Part shown: positions 9,601 to 24,900 of the stretch, in pieces | How positions within the stretch are numbered: the first letter of the stretch is position 1 | Layout of the letters: each line of letters starts with the position of its first letter | Assembly (NCBI GenBank): GCA_002189035.1 | Contig: NEEC01000107.1 | Coordinates: 72,258-136,257 of the forward strand | Source: Utricularia gibba | Lineage: Eukaryota; Plantae; Magnoliophyta | Direction: 5' to 3' | DNA length: 64,000 nucleotides | The notes under the pieces: generated by a model | What the model was told of the DNA's origin: nothing | The model's input: only the letters and a program-made list of their open reading frames with translations | The model's database searches: none | Program-made: the position numbers and the translations under genes

Positions 9601-12600
9601 AAAGCACCCACCCAAAAACGACAAGCTTTTCCTTCAGAAACATGTAGGCAGCTGCCGAAAACCCAACGTTAATAAATGGATCACTTTTTTGCCGGGCTAC
9701 AAATGACTATGGGCCCGAGCCCGACCCGACCTCCGGCCCGATCCTGGTGCCCCTCGAGAGCGCCTCCTCAAATATAAAGCTTGTGGAAAGAAAACCATTT
9801 GGGGTGCTCATGACATCCTAACTTCAAAAAAATGCATCACGATTTTCGTCGAATAGGACCCGATTGGGCTCAGGAGTCGAACCGAACCTTGGGTCCGGAC
9901 GAACTTCCCAACAAAAAGCACCCACCCAAAAACGACAAGCTTTTCCTTCAGAAACCATGTAGGCAGCTGCCGAAAACCCAACGTTAATAATGGATCACTT
10001 TTTTGCCGGGCTACAAATGACTATGGGCCCGAGCGAGACCTCCGGCCCGATCCTGTGCCCCTCGAGAGCGCCTCCTCAAATAAAAAGCTTGTGGTTGAGA
10101 AAACCATTTGGGGTGCTCATGACATCCTAACTTCAATAAATGCATCACGATTTTCGTCGAATAGGACCCGATTGGGCTCAGGAGTCGAACCGAACCTTGG
10201 GTCCGGACGAACTTCCCAACAAAGCACCCACCCAAAAACGACAAGCTTTTCCTTCAGAAACCATGTAGGCAGCTGCCGAAAACCCAACGTTAATAAATGG
10301 ATCACTTTTTTGCCGGGCTACAAATGACTATGGGCCGAGCCCGACCCGACCTCCGGCCCGATCCTGGTGCCCCTCGAGAGCGCCTCCTCAAATATAAAGC
10401 TTGTGGAGAAAACCATTTGGGGTGCTCATGACATCCTAACTTCAAAAAATGCATCACGATTTTCGTCGAATAGGACCCGATTGGGCTCAGGAGTCGAACA
10501 GAACCTTGGGTCCGGATGAACTTCCCAACGAAAGCACCCACCCAAAAACGACAAGCTTTTCCTTCAGAAACCATGTAGGCAGCTGCCGAAAACCCAACGT
10601 TAATAAATGGATCACTTTTTTGCCGGGCTACAATGACTATGGGCCGAGCCCGACCGACCTCCGGCCCGATCCTGTGCCCCTCGAGAGCGCCTCCTCAAAT
10701 ATAAAGCTTGTGGAGAAAACCATTTGGGGTGCTCATGACATCCTAACTTCAAAAAATGCATCACGATTTTCGTCGAATAGGACCCGATTGGGCTCAGGAG
10801 TCGAACCGAACCTTGGGTCCGGATGAACTTCCCAACGAAAGCACCCACCCAAAACGACAAGCTTTTCCTTCAGAAACCATGTAGGCAGCTGCCGAAAACC
10901 CAACGTTAATAAATGGATCACTTTTTTTGCCGGGCTACAAATGACTATGGGCCCGAGCCGACCCGACCTCCGGCCCGATCCTGTGCCCCTCGAGAGCGCC
11001 TCCTCAAATAAAAGCTGTGGTTGAGAAAACCATTTGGGGTGCTCATGACATCCTAACTTCAAAAAATGCATCACGATTTTCGTCGAATAGGACCCGATTG
11101 GGCTCAGGAGTCGAACCGAACCTTGGGTCCGGACGAACTTCCCAACAAAGCACCCACCCAAAAACGACAAGCTTTTCCTTCAGAAACCATGTAGGCAGCT
11201 GCCGAAAACCCAACGTTAATAAATGGATCACTTTTTTGCCGGGCTACAAATGACTATGGGCCGAGCCGACCTGACCTCCGGCCCGATCCTGTGCCCCTCG
11301 AGAGCGCCTCCTCAAATATAAAGCTTGTGGAAGAAAACCATTTGGGGTGCTCATGACATCCTAACTTCAAAAAATGCATCACGATTTTCGTCGAATAGGA
11401 CCCGATTGGGCTCAGGAGTCGAACCGAACCTTGGGTCCGGACGAACTTCCCAACGAAAGCACCCACCCAAAAACGACAAGCTTTTCCTTCAGAACAATGT
11501 AGGCAGCTGCCGAAAACCCAACGTTAATAAATGGATCACTTTTTTTGCCGGGCTACAAATGACTATGGGCCCGAGCCGACCCGACCTCCGGCCCGATCCT
11601 GGTGCCCCTCGAGAGCGCCTCCTCAAATAAAGCTTGTGGATGAGAAAACCATTTGGGGTGCTCATGACATCCTAACTTCAATAAATGCATCACGATTTTC
11701 GTCGAATAGGACCCGATTGGGCTCAGGAGTCGAACCGAACCTTGGGTCCGGACGAACTTCCCAACAAGCACCCACCCAAAAACGACAAGCTTTTCCTTCA
11801 GAAACATGTAGGCAGCTGCCGAAAACCCAACGTTAATAAATGGATCACTTTTTTTGCCGGGCTACAAATGACTATGGGCCGAGCCCGACCCACCTCCGGC
11901 CCGATCCTGGTGCCCCTCGAGAGCGCCTCCTCAAATATAAAGCTTGTGGAGAAAACCATTTGGGGTGCTCATGACATCCTAACTTCAATAAAATGCATCA
12001 CGATTTTCGTCGAATAGGACCCGATTGGGCTCAGGAGTCGAACCGAACCTTGGGTCGGACGAACTTCCCAACGAAAGCACCCACCCAAAAACGACAAGCT
12101 TTTCCTTCAGAAACCATGTAGGCAGCTGCCGAAAACCCAACGTTAATAAATGGATCACTTTTTTTGCCGGGCTACAAATGACTATGGGCCGAGCCCGACC
12201 CGACCTCCGGCCCGATCCTGGTGCCCCTCGAGAGCGCCTCCTCAAATATAAAGCTTGTGGAGAAAACCATTTGGGGTGCTCATGACATCCTAACTTCAAA
12301 AAATGCATCACGATTTTCGTCGAATAGGACCCGATTGGGCTCAGGAGTCGAACCGAACCTTGGGTCCGGATGAACTTCCCAACGAAAGCACCCACCCAAA
12401 AACGACAAGCTTTTCCTTCAGAAACCATGTAGGCAGCTGCCGAAAACCCAACGTTAATAAATGGATCACTTTTTTGCCGGGCTACAAATGACTATGGGCC
12501 GAGCCGACCGACCTCCGGCCCGATCCTGGTGCCCCTCGAGAGCGCCTCCTCAAATATAAAGCTTGTGGGAAAACCATTTGGGGTGCTCATGACATCCTAA

Positions 12601-15600
12601 CTTCAAAAAATGCATCACGATTTTCGTCGAATAGGACCCGATTGGGCTCAGGAGTCGAACCGAACCTTGGGTCCGGACGAACTTCCCAACGAAAGCACCC
12701 ACCCAAAAACGACAAGCTTTTCCTTCAGAAACAATGTAGGCAGCTGCCGAAAACCCAACGTTAATAAATGGATCACTTTTTTTGCCGGGCTACAAATGAC
12801 TATGGGCCCGAGCCGACCCGACCTCCGGCCCGATCCTAGTGCCCCTCGAGAGCGCCTCCTCAAATATAAAGCTTGTGGAGAGAAACCATTTGGGGTGCTC
12901 ATGACATCCTAACTTCAAAAATGCATCACGATTTTCGTCGAATAGGACCCGATTGGGCTCAGGAGTCGAACCGAACCTTGGGTCCGGACGAACTTCCCAA
13001 CAAAGCACCCACCCAAAAACGACAAGCTTTTCCTTCAGAAAACATGTAGGCAGCTGCCGAAAACCCAACGTTAATAAATGGATCACTTTTTTTGCCGGGC
13101 TACAAATGACTATGGGCCGAGCCCGACCCGACCTCCGGCCCGATCCTGGTGCCCCTCGAGAGCGCCTCCTCAAATATAAAGCTTGTGGAAAGAAAACCAT
13201 TTGGGGTGCTCATGACATCCTAACTTCAAAAATGCATCACGATTTTCGTCGAATAGGACCCGATTGGGCTCAGGAGTCGAACCGAACCTTGGGTCCGGAT
13301 GAACTTCCCAACGAAAGCACCCACCCAAAAACAAGCTTTTCCTTCAGAAACCATGTAGGCAGCTGCCGAAAACCCAACGTTAATAAATGGATCACTTTTT
13401 TTGCCGGGCTACAAATGACTATGGGCCCGAGCCCGACCGACCTCCGGCCCGATCCTGTGCCCCTCGAGAGCGCCTCCTCAAATATAAAGCTTGTGGACAA
13501 GAAAACCATTTGGGGTGCTCATGAATCCTAACTTCAAAAAATGCATCACGATTTTCGTCGAATAGGACCCGATTGGGCTCAGGAGTCGAACCGAACCTTG
13601 GGTCCGGATGAACTTCCCAAAAAGCACCCACCCAAAAACGACAAGCTTTTCCTTCAGAAACCATGTAGGCAGCTGCCGAAAACCCAACGTTAATAAATGG
13701 ATCACTTTTTTTGCCGGGCTACAAATGACTATGGGCCCGAGCGAGACCTCCGCCCCGATCCTGTGCCCCTCGAGAGCGCCTCCTCAAATAAAAGCTTGTG
13801 TTGAGAAAACCATTTGGGGTGCTCATGACATCCTAACTTCAAAAATGCATCACGATTTTCGTCGAATAGGACCCGATTGGGCTCAGGAGTCGAACCGAAC
13901 CTTGGGTCCGGACGAACTTCCCAACAAAGCACCCACCCAAAAACGACAAGCTTTTCCTTCAGAAACCATGTAGGCAGCTGCCGAAAACCCAACGTTAATA
14001 AATGGATCACTTTTTTTGCCGGGCTACAAATGACTATGGGCCCGAGCCCGACCCGACCTCCGGCCCGATCCTGGTGCCCCTCGAGAGCGCCTCCTCAAAT
14101 ATAAAGCTTGTGGAAAAAAACCATTTGGGTGCTCATGACATCCTAACTTCAAAAAATGCATCACGATTTTCGTCGAATAGGACCCGATTGGGCTCAGGAG
14201 TCGAACCGAACCTTGGGTCCGGATGAACTTCCCAACGAAAGCACCCACCCAAAAACGACAAGCTTTTCCTTCAGAAACAATGTAGGCAGCTGCCGAAAAC
14301 CCAACGTTAATAAATGGATCACTTTTTTGCCGGGCTACAAATGACTATGGGCCCGAGCCGACCGACCTCCGGCCCGATCCTGGTGCCCCTCGAGAGCGCC
14401 TCCTCAAATATAAAGCTTGTGGAGAAAACCATTTGGGGTGCTCATGACATCCTAACTTCAAAAAATGCATCACGATTTTCGTCGAATAGGACCCGATTGG
14501 GCTCAGGAGTCGAACCGAACCTTGGGTCCGGACGAACTTCCAACGAAAGCACCCACCCAAAAACGACAAGCTTTTCCTTCAGAAACCATGTAGGCAGCTG
14601 CCGAAAACCCAACGTTAATAAATGGATCACTTTTTTGCCGGGCTACAAATGACTATGGGCCGAGCCCGACCGACCTCCGGCCCGATCCTGGTGCCCCTCG
14701 AGAGCGCCTCCTCAAATATAAAGCTTGTGGAGAAAACCATTTGGGGTGCTCATGACATCCTAACTTCAAAAATGCATCACGATTTTCGTCGAATAGGACC
14801 CATTGGGCTCAGGAGTCGAACCGAACTTGGGTCCGGATGAATTCCCAACAAAAGCACCCACCCAAAAACGACAAGCTTTTCCTTCAGAAACCATGTAGGC
14901 AGCTGCCGAAAACCCAACGTTAATAAATGGATCACTTTTTTTGCCGGGCTACAAATGACTATGGGCCCGAGCGACCGACCTCCGGCCCGATCCTAGTGCC
15001 CCTCGAGAGCGCCTCCTCAAATAAAAAGCTGTGGTTGAGAAAACCATTTGGGGTGCTCATGACATCCTAACTTCAAAAAATGCATCACGATTTTCGTCGA
15101 ATAGGACCCGATTGGGCTCAGGAGTCGAACCGAACCTTGGGTCCGGACGAATTTCCCAACAAAGCACCCACCCAAAAACGACAAGCTTTTCCTTCAGAAA
15201 CCATGTAGGCAGCTGCCGAAAACCCAACGTTAATAAATGGATCACTTTTTTTGCCGGGCTACAAATGACTATGGGCCGAGCCCGACCCGACCTCCGGCCC
15301 GATCCTGGTGCCCCTCGAGAGCGCCTCCTCAAATATAAAGCTTGTGGAAAGAAAACCATTTGGGGGCTCATGACATCCTAACTTCAAAAAATGCATCACG
15401 ATTTTCGTCGAATAGGACCCGATTGGGCTCAGGAGTCGAACCGAACCTTGGGTCCGGATGAACTTCCCAACGAAAGCACCCACCCAAAAACGAAAGCTTT
15501 TCCTTCAGAAACAATGTAGGCAGCTGCCGAAAACCCAACGTTAATAAATGGATCACTTTTTTGCCGGGCTACAAATGACTATGGGCCGAGCCCGACGACC

Positions 15601-18600
15601 TCCGGCCCGATCCTGGTGCCCCTCGAGAGCGCCTCCTCAAATATAAAGCTTGTGGAGAAAACCATTTGGGGTGCTCATGACATCCTAACTTCAAAAAATG
15701 CATCACGATTTTCGTCGAATAGGACCCGATTGGGCTCAGGAGTCGAACCGAACCTTGGGTCCGGACGAACTTCCCAACGAAAGCACCCACCCAAAAACGA
15801 CAAGCTTTTCCTTCAGAAACCATGTAGGCAGCTGCCGAAAACCCAACGTTAATAAATGGATCACTTTTTTTGCCGGGCTACAAATGACTATGGGCCGAGC
15901 CCGACCGACCTCCGGCCCGATCCTGGTGCCCCTCGAGAGCGCCTCCTCAAATATAAAGCTTGTGGAAGAAAACCATTTGGGGTGCTCATGACATCCTAAC
16001 TTCAAAAAATGCATCACGATTTTCGTCGAATAGGACCCGATTGGGCTCAGGAGTCGAACCGAACCTTGGGTCCGGATGAACTTCCCAACGAAAGCACCCA
16101 CCCAAAAACGACAAGCTTTTCCTTCAGAAACCATGTAGGCAGCTGCCGAAAACCCAACGTTAATAAATGGATCACTTTTTTGCCGGGCTACAAATGACTA
16201 TGGGCCGAGCCCGACCCGACCTCCGGCCCGATCCTGGTGCCCCTCGAGAGCGCCTCCTCAAATATAAAGCTTGTGGACAAGAAAACCATTTGGGGTGCTC
16301 ATGACATCCTAACTTCAAAAATGCATCACGATTTTCGTCGAATAGGACCCATTGGGCTCAGGAGTCGAACCGAACCTTGGGTCCGGATGAACTTCCCAAC
16401 GAAAGCACCCACCCAAAACGACAAGCTTTTCCTTCAGAAACAATGTAGGCAGCTGCCGAAAACCCAACGTTAATAAATGGATCACTTTTTTGCCGGGCTA
16501 CAAATGACTATGGGCCGAGCCCGACCCGACCTCCGGCCCGATCCTGTGCCCCTCGAGAGCGCCTCCTCAAATATAAAGCTTGTGGATGAGAAAACCATTT
16601 GGGGTGCTCATGACATCCTAACTTCAAAAAATGCATCACGATTTTCGTCGAATAGGACCCGATTGGGCTCAGGAGTCGAACCGAACCTTGGGTCCGGATG
16701 AACTTCCCAACGAAAGCACCCACCCAAAAACGACAAGCTTTTCCTTCAGAAACATGTAGGCAGCTGCCGAAAACCCAACGTTAATAAATGGATCACTTTT
16801 TTGCCGGGCTACAAATGACTATGGGCCGAGCCCGACCGACCCCCGGCCCGATCCTGGTGCCCCTCGAGAGCGCCTCCTCAAATATAAAGCTTGTGGAAAG
16901 AAAACCATTTGGGGTGCTCATGACATCCTAACTTCAAAAAATGCATCACGATTTTCGTCGAATAGGACCCGATTGGGCTCAGGAGTCGAACCGAACCTTG
17001 GGTCCGGACGAACTTCCCAACGAAAGCACCCACCAAAAACGACAAGCTTTTCCTTCAGAAACCATGTAGGCAGCTGCCGAAAACCCAACGTTAATAAATG
17101 GATCACTTTTTTGCCGGGCTACAAATGACTATGGGCCGAGCCCGACCGACCTCCGGCCCGATCCTGTGCCCTCGAGAGCGCCTCCTCAAATATAAAGCTT
17201 GTGGAGAAAAACCATTTGGGGTGCTCATGACATCCTAACTTCAAAAAAATGCATCACGATTTTCGTCGAATAGGACCCGATTGGGCTCAGGAGTCGAACC
17301 GAACCTTGGGTCCGGATGAACTTCCCAACGAAAGCACCCACCCAAAAACGACAAGCTTTTCCTTCAGAAACCATGTAGGCAGCTGCCGAAAACCCAACGT
17401 TAATAAATGGATCACTTTTTTTGCCGGGCTACAAATGACTATGGGCCCGAGCCGACGACCTCCGGCCCGATCCTAGTGCCCCTCGAGAGCGCCTCCTCAA
17501 ATAAAAAGCTGTGGAGAAAACCATTTGGGGTGCTCATGACATCCTAACTTCAAAAATGCATCACGATTTTCGTCGAATAGGACCCGATTGGGCTCAGGAG
17601 TCGAACCGAACCTTGGGTCCGGATGAACTTCCCAACGAAAGCACCCACCCAAAAACGACAAGCTTTTCCTTCAGAAACCATGTAGGCAGCTGCCGAAAAC
17701 CCAACGTTAATAAATGGATCACTTTTTTGCCGGGCTACAAATGACTATGGGCCCGAGCCGACCCGACCTCCGGCCCGATCCTGGTGCCCCTCGAGAGCGC
17801 CTCCTCAAATATAAAGCTTGTGGACAAGAAAACCATTTGGGGTGCTCATGACATCCTAACTTCAAAAAATGCATCACGATTTTCGTCGAATAGGACCCCA
17901 TTGGGCTCAGGAGTCGAACAACCTTGGGTCCGGATGAACTTCCCAACGAAAGCACCCACCCAAAAACGACAAGCTTTTCCTTCAGAAACAATGTAGGCAG
18001 CTGCCGAAAACCCAACGTTAATAAATGGATCACTTTTTTTCCGGGCTACAAATGACTATGGGCCCGAGCGACCCGACCTCCGGCCCGATCCTGGCCCCTC
18101 GAGAGCGCCTCCTCAAATATAAAGCTTGTGGAGAAAACCATTTGGGGTGCTCATGACATCCTAACTTCAAAAAAATGCATCACGATTTTCGTCGAATAGG
18201 ACCCGATTGGGCTCAGGAGTCGAACCGAACCTTGGGTCCGGACGAACTTCCCAACAAAGCACCCACCCAAAAACGACAAGCTTTTCCTTCAGAAACCATG
18301 TAGGCAGCTGCCGAAAACCCAACGTTAATAAATGGATCACTTTTTTTGCCGGGCTACAAATGACTATGGGCCGAGCCCGACCGACCTCCGGCCCGATCCT
18401 GGTGCCCCTCGAGAGCGCCTCCCAAATATAAAGCTTGTGGAGAGAAAACCATTTGGGGTGCTCATGACATCCTAACTTCAAAAATGCATCACGATTTTCG
18501 TCGAATAGGACCCGATTGGGCTCAGGAGTCGAACCGAACCTTGGGTCCGGATGAACTTCCCAACGAAAGCACCCACCAAAAACGACAAGCTTTTCCTTCA

Positions 18601-18988
18601 GAAACCATGTAGCAGCTGCCGAAAACCCAACGTTAATAAATGGATCACTTTTTTGCCGGGCTACAAATGACTATGGGCCCGAGCCCGACCGACCGGATCC
18701 TGGTGCCCCTCGAGAGCGCCTCCTCAAATATAAAGCTTGTGGAAAATTTGGGGTGCTCATGACATCCTAACTTCAAAAAAATGCATCACGATTTTCGTCG
18801 AATAGGACCCGATTGGGCTCAGGAGTCGAACAGAACCTTGGGTCCGGATGAACTTCCCAACGAAAGCACCCACCCAAAAACGACAAGCTTTTCCTTCAGA
18901 AACCATGTAGGCAGCTGCCGAAAACCCAACGTTAATAAATGGATCACTTTTTTTGCCGGGCTACAAATGACTATGGGCCGAGCCCGAC

Positions 18989-21900
18989 CTGACCTCCCTG
19001 TGCCCCTCGAGAGCGCCTCCTCAAATATAAAGCTTGTGGACAAGAAAACCATTTGGGGTGCTCATGACATCCTAACTTCAAAAAATGCATCACGATTTTC
19101 GTCGAATAGGACCCGATTGGGCTCAGGAGTCGAACCGAACCTTGGGTCCGGATGAATTCCCAACAAAAGCACCCACCAAAACGACAAGCTTTTCCTTCAG
19201 AAACCATGTAGGCAGCTGCCGAAAACCCAACGTTAATAAATGGATCACTTTTTTTTGCCGGGCTACAAATGACTATGGGCCCAGAACATCCTAGTGCCCC
19301 TCGAGAGCGCCTCCTCAAATAAAAAGCTTGTGGTTGAGAAAACCATTTGGGGTGCTCATGACATCCTAACTTCAAAAATGCATCACGATTTTCGTCGAAT
19401 AGGACCCGATTGGGCTCAGGAGTCGAACCGAACCTTGGGTCCGGACGAACTTCCCAACAAAGCACCCACCCAAAAACGACAAGCTTTTCCTTCAGAAACC
19501 ATGTAGGCAGCTGCCGAAAACCCAACGTTAATAAATGGATCACTTTTTTGCCGGGCTACAAATGACTATGGGCCGAGCCCGACCGACCTCCGGCCCGATC
19601 CTAGTGCCCCTCGAGAGCGCCTCCTCAAATATAAAGCTTGTGGACAAGAAAACCATTTGGGGTGCTCATGACATCCTAACTTCAAAAATGCATCACGATT
19701 TTCGTCGAATAGGACCCGATTGGGCTCAGGAGTCGAACCGAACCTTGGGTCCGGAGAACTTCCCGAAAGCACCCACCCAAAAACGACAAGCTTTTCCTTC
19801 AGAAACAATGTAGGCAGCTGCCGAAAACCCAACGTTAATAAATGGATCACTTTTTTGCCGGGCTACAAATGACTATGGGCCGAGCCCGACCGACCTCCGG
19901 CCCGATCCTGGTGCCCCTCGAGAGCGCCTCCTCAAATATAAAGCTTGTGGAAGAAAACCATTTGGGGTGCTCATGACATCCTAACTTCAAAAAATGCATC
20001 ACGATTTTCGTCGAATAGGACCCGATTGGGCTCAGGAGTCGAACCGAACCTTGGGTCCGGACGAACTTCCCAACGAAAGCACCCACCCAAAAACGACAAG
20101 CTTTTCCTTCAGAAACCATGTAGGCAGCTGCCGAAAACCCAACGTTAATAAATGGATCACTTTTTTGCCGGGCTACAAATGACTATGGGCCCGAGCCCGA
20201 CCTGACCTCCGGCCCGATCCTGTGCCCCTCGAGAGCGCCTCCTCAAATATAAAGCTTGTGGAGAAAACCATTTGGGGTGCTCATGACATCCTAACTTCAA
20301 AAATGCATCACGATTTTCGTCGAATAGGACCCGATTGGGCTCAGGAGTCGAACGAACCTTGGGTCCGGACGAATTCCCAACAAAAGCACCCACCCAAAAA
20401 CGACAAGCTTTTCCTTCAGAAACCATGTAGGCAGCTGCCGAAAACCCAACGTTAATAAATGGATCACTTTTTTGCCGGGCTACAAATGACTATGGGCCGA
20501 GCGACGACCTCCGGCCCGATCCTAGTGCCCCTCGAGAGCGCCTCCTCAAATAAAAAGCTTGTGGTTGAGAAAACCATTTGGGGTGCTCATGACATCCTAA
20601 CTTCAAAAAATGCATCACGATTTTCGTCGAATAGGACCGATTGGGCTCAGGAGTCGAACCGAACCTTGGGTCCGGACGAACTTCCCAACAAAGCACCCAA
20701 AAAACGACAAGCTTTTCCTTCAGAAACCATGTAGGCAGCTGCCGAAAACCCAACGTTAATAAATGGATCACTTTTTTGCCGGGCTACAAATGACTATGGG
20801 CCCGAGCCCGACCGACCTCCGGCCCGATCCTGGTGCCCCTCGAGAGCGCCTCTCAAATATAAAGCTTGTGGAGAAAACCATTTGGGGTGCTCATGACATC
20901 CTAACTTCAAAAAATGCATCACGATTTTCGTCGAATAGGACCCGATTGGGCTCAGGAGTCGAACCGAACCTTGGGTCCGGATGAACTTCCCAACGAAAGC
21001 ACCCACCCAAAAACGACAAGCTTTTCCTTCAGAAACCATGTAGGCAGCTGCCGAAAACCCAACGTTAATAAATGGATCACTTTTTTTGCCGGGCTACAAA
21101 TGACTATGGGCCGAGCCCGACCTGACCTCCGGCCCGATCCTGGTGCCCCTCGAGAGCGCCTCCTCAAATAAAAGCTTGTGGACAAGAAAACCATTTGGGG
21201 TGCTCATGACATCCTAACTTCAAAAATGCATCACGATTTTCGTCGAATAGGACCCGATTGGGCTCAGGAGTCGAACCGAACCTTGGGTCCGGATGAACTT
21301 CCCAACGAAAGCACCCACCAAAAACGACAAGCTTTTCCTTCAGAAACCATGTAGGCAGCTGCCGAAAACCCAACGTTAATAAATGGATCACTTTTTTTGC
21401 CGGGCTACAAATGACTATGGGCCCGAGCCCGACCGACCTCCGCCCGATCCTAGTGCCCCTCGAGAGCGCCTCCTCAAAATAAAGCTTGTGGAGAAAACCA
21501 TTTGGGGTGCTCATGACATCCTAACTTCAAAAATGCATCACGATTTTCGTCGAATAGGACCCGATTGGGCTCAGGAGTCGAACCGAACCTTGGTCCGGAT
21601 GAATTCCCAAAAAGCACCCACCCAAAAACGACAAGCTTTTCCTTCAGAAACCATGTAGGCAGCTGCCGAAAACCCAACGTTAATAAATGGATCACTTTTT
21701 TTGCCGGGCTACAAATGACTATGGGCCCGAGCGACTGACCTCCGCCGATCCTAGTGCCCCTCGAGAGCGCCTCCTCAAATAAAAAGCTGTGGAGAAAACC
21801 ATTTGGGGTGCTCATGACATCCTAACTTCAAAAAAAATGCATCACGATTTTCGTCGAATAGGACCCGATTGGGCTCAGGAGTCGAACCGAACCTTGGGTC

Positions 21901-24900
21901 CGGACGAATTTCCCAACAAAGCACCCACCAAAAACGACAAGCTTTTCCTTCAGAAACCATGTAGGCAGCTGCCGAAAACCCAACGTTAATAAATGGATCA
22001 CTTTTTTGCCGGGCTACAAATGACTATGGGCCCGAGCCCGACCGACCTCCGGCCGATCCTGGTGCCCCTCGAGAGCGCCTCCTCAAATATAAAGCTTGTG
22101 GATGAGAAAACCATTTGGGGTGCTCATGACATCCTAACTTCAAAAAATGCATCACGATTTTCGTCGAATAGGACCCGATTGGGCTCAGGAGTCGAACCGA
22201 ACCTTGGGTCCGGACGAACTTCCCAACGCACCACCCAAAAACGACAAGCTTTTCCTTCAGAAACCATGTAGGCAGCTGCCGAAAACCCAACGTTAATAAA
22301 TGGATCACTTTTTTTGCCGGGCTACAAATGACTATGGGCCCGAGCCCGACCCGACCTCCGGCCCGATCCTAGTGCCCCTCGAGAGCGCCTCCTCAAATAT
22401 AAAGCTTGTGGATGAGAAAACCATTTGGGGTGCTCATGACATCCTAACTTCAATAAATGCATCACGATTTTCGTCGAATAGGACCCGATTGGGCTCAGGA
22501 GTCGAACCGAACCTTGGGTCCGGACGAATTTCCCAACAAAAGCACCCACCCAAAAACGACAAGCTTTTCCTTCAGAAACCATGTAGGCAGCTGCCGAAAA
22601 CCCAACGTTAATAAATGGATCACTTTTTTTGCCGGGCTACAAATGACTATGGGCCCGAGCCCGACCCGACCTCCGGCCCGATCCTAGTGCCCCTCGAGAG
22701 CGCCTCCTCAAATATAAAGCTTGTGGAGAAAACCATTTGGGGTGCTCATGACATCCTAACTTCAAAAAATGCATCACGATTTTCGTCGAATAGGACCCGA
22801 TTGGGCTCAGGAGTCGAACCGAACCTTGGGTCCGGATGAACTTCCCAACGAAAGCACCCACCCAAAAACGACAAGCTTTTCCTTCAGAAACCATGTAGGC
22901 AGCTGCCGAAAACCCAACGTTAATAAATGGATCACTTTTTTGCCGGGCTACAAATGACTATGGGCCCGAGCCGACCCTCCGGCCCGATCCTAGTGCCCCT
23001 CGAGAGCGCCTCCTCAAATATAAAGCTTGTGAGAAAACCATTTGGGGTGCTCATGACATAACTTCAATTGCATCACGATTTTCGTCGAATAGGACCCGAT
23101 TGGGCTCAGGAGTCGAACCGAACCTTGGGTCCGGACGAATTTCCCAACCACCCACCCAAAACGACAAGCTTTTCCTTCAGAAACCATGTAGGCAGCTGCC
23201 GAAAACCCAACGTTAATAAATGGATCACTTTTTTGCCGGGCTACAAATGACTATGGGCCGAGCCCGACCCGACCCGGCCCGATCCTGGTGCCCCTCGAGA
23301 GCGCCTCCTCAAATATAAAGCTGTGGAGAAAACCATTTGGGGTGCTCATGACATCCTAACTTCAAAAAATGCATCACGATTTTCGTCGAATAGGACCCAT
23401 TGGGCTCAGGAGTCGAACCGAACCTTGGGTCCGGATGAACTTCCCAACGAAAGCACCCACCCAAAAAAACGACAAGCTTTTCCTTCAGAAACCATGTAGG
23501 CAGCTGCCGAAAACCCAACGTTAATAAATGGATCACTTTTTTTGCCGGGCTACAAATGACTATGGGCCCGAGCCCGACCTCCGGCCCGATGTGCCCCTCG
23601 AGAGCGCCTCCTCAAATATAAAGCTTGTGGAAAGAAAACCATTTGGGGTGCTCATGACATCCTAACTTCAAAAAATGCATCACGATTTTCGTCGAATAGG
23701 ACCCGATTGGGCTCAGGAGTCGAACCGAACCTTGGGTCCGGATGAATTCCCAACAAAAGCACCCACCCAAACGACAAGCTTTTCAAACCATGTAGGCAGC
23801 TGCCGAAAACCCAACGTTAATAAATGGATCACTTTTTTTGCCGGGCTACAAATGACTATGGGCCCGAGCCGACCTCCGGCCCGATCCTAGTGCCCCTCGA
23901 GAGCGCCTCCTCAAATAAAAAGCTTGTGGTTGAGAAAACCATTTGGGGTGCTCATGACATCCTAACTTCAAAAATGCATCACGATTTTCGTCGAATAGGA
24001 CCCGATTGGGCTCAGGAGTCGAACCGAACCTTGGGTCCGGATGAACTTCCCAACGAAAGCACCCACCCAAAAACGACAAGCTTTTCCTTCAGAAACCATG
24101 TAGGCAGCTGCCGAAAACCCAACGTTAATAAATGGATCACTTTTTCGGGCTACAAATGACTATGGGCCGAGCCCGACCGACCTCCGGCCCGATCCTGTGC
24201 CCCTCGAGAGCGCCTCCTCAAATATAAAGCTTGTGGACAAGAAAACCATTTGGGGTGCTCATGACATCCTAACTTCAAAAAATGCATCACGATTTTCGTC
24301 GAATAGGACCCCATTGGGCTCAGGAGTCGAACCGAACCTTGGGTCCGGATGAACTTCCCAACGAAAGCACCCACCCAAAAACGACAAGCTTTTCCTTCAG
24401 AAACATGTAGGCAGCTGCCGAAAACCCAACGTTAATAAATGGATCACTTTTTTTGCCGGGCTACAAATGACTATGGGCCCGAGCCGACCCGACCTCCGGC
24501 CCGATCCTGTGCCCCTCGAGAGCGCCTCCTCAAATATAAAGCTTGTGGAGAAAACCATTTGGGGTGCTCATGACATCCTAACTTCAAAAAATGCATCACG
24601 ATTTTCGTCGAATAGGACCCGATTGGGCTCAGGAGTCGAACCGAACCTTGGGTCCGGACGAATTCCCAAAAAAGCACCCACCCAAAAACGACAAGCTTTT
24701 CCTTCAGAAACCATGTAGGCAGCTGCCGAAAACCCAACGTTAATAAATGGATCACTTTTTTTGCCGGGCTACAAATGACTATGGGCCCGACCTGACCTCC
24801 GGCCCGATCCTGTGCCCCTCGAGAGCGCCTCCTCAAATATAAAAGCTTGTGGACAGAAAACCATTTGGGGTGCTCATGACATCCTAACTTCAAAAAATGC

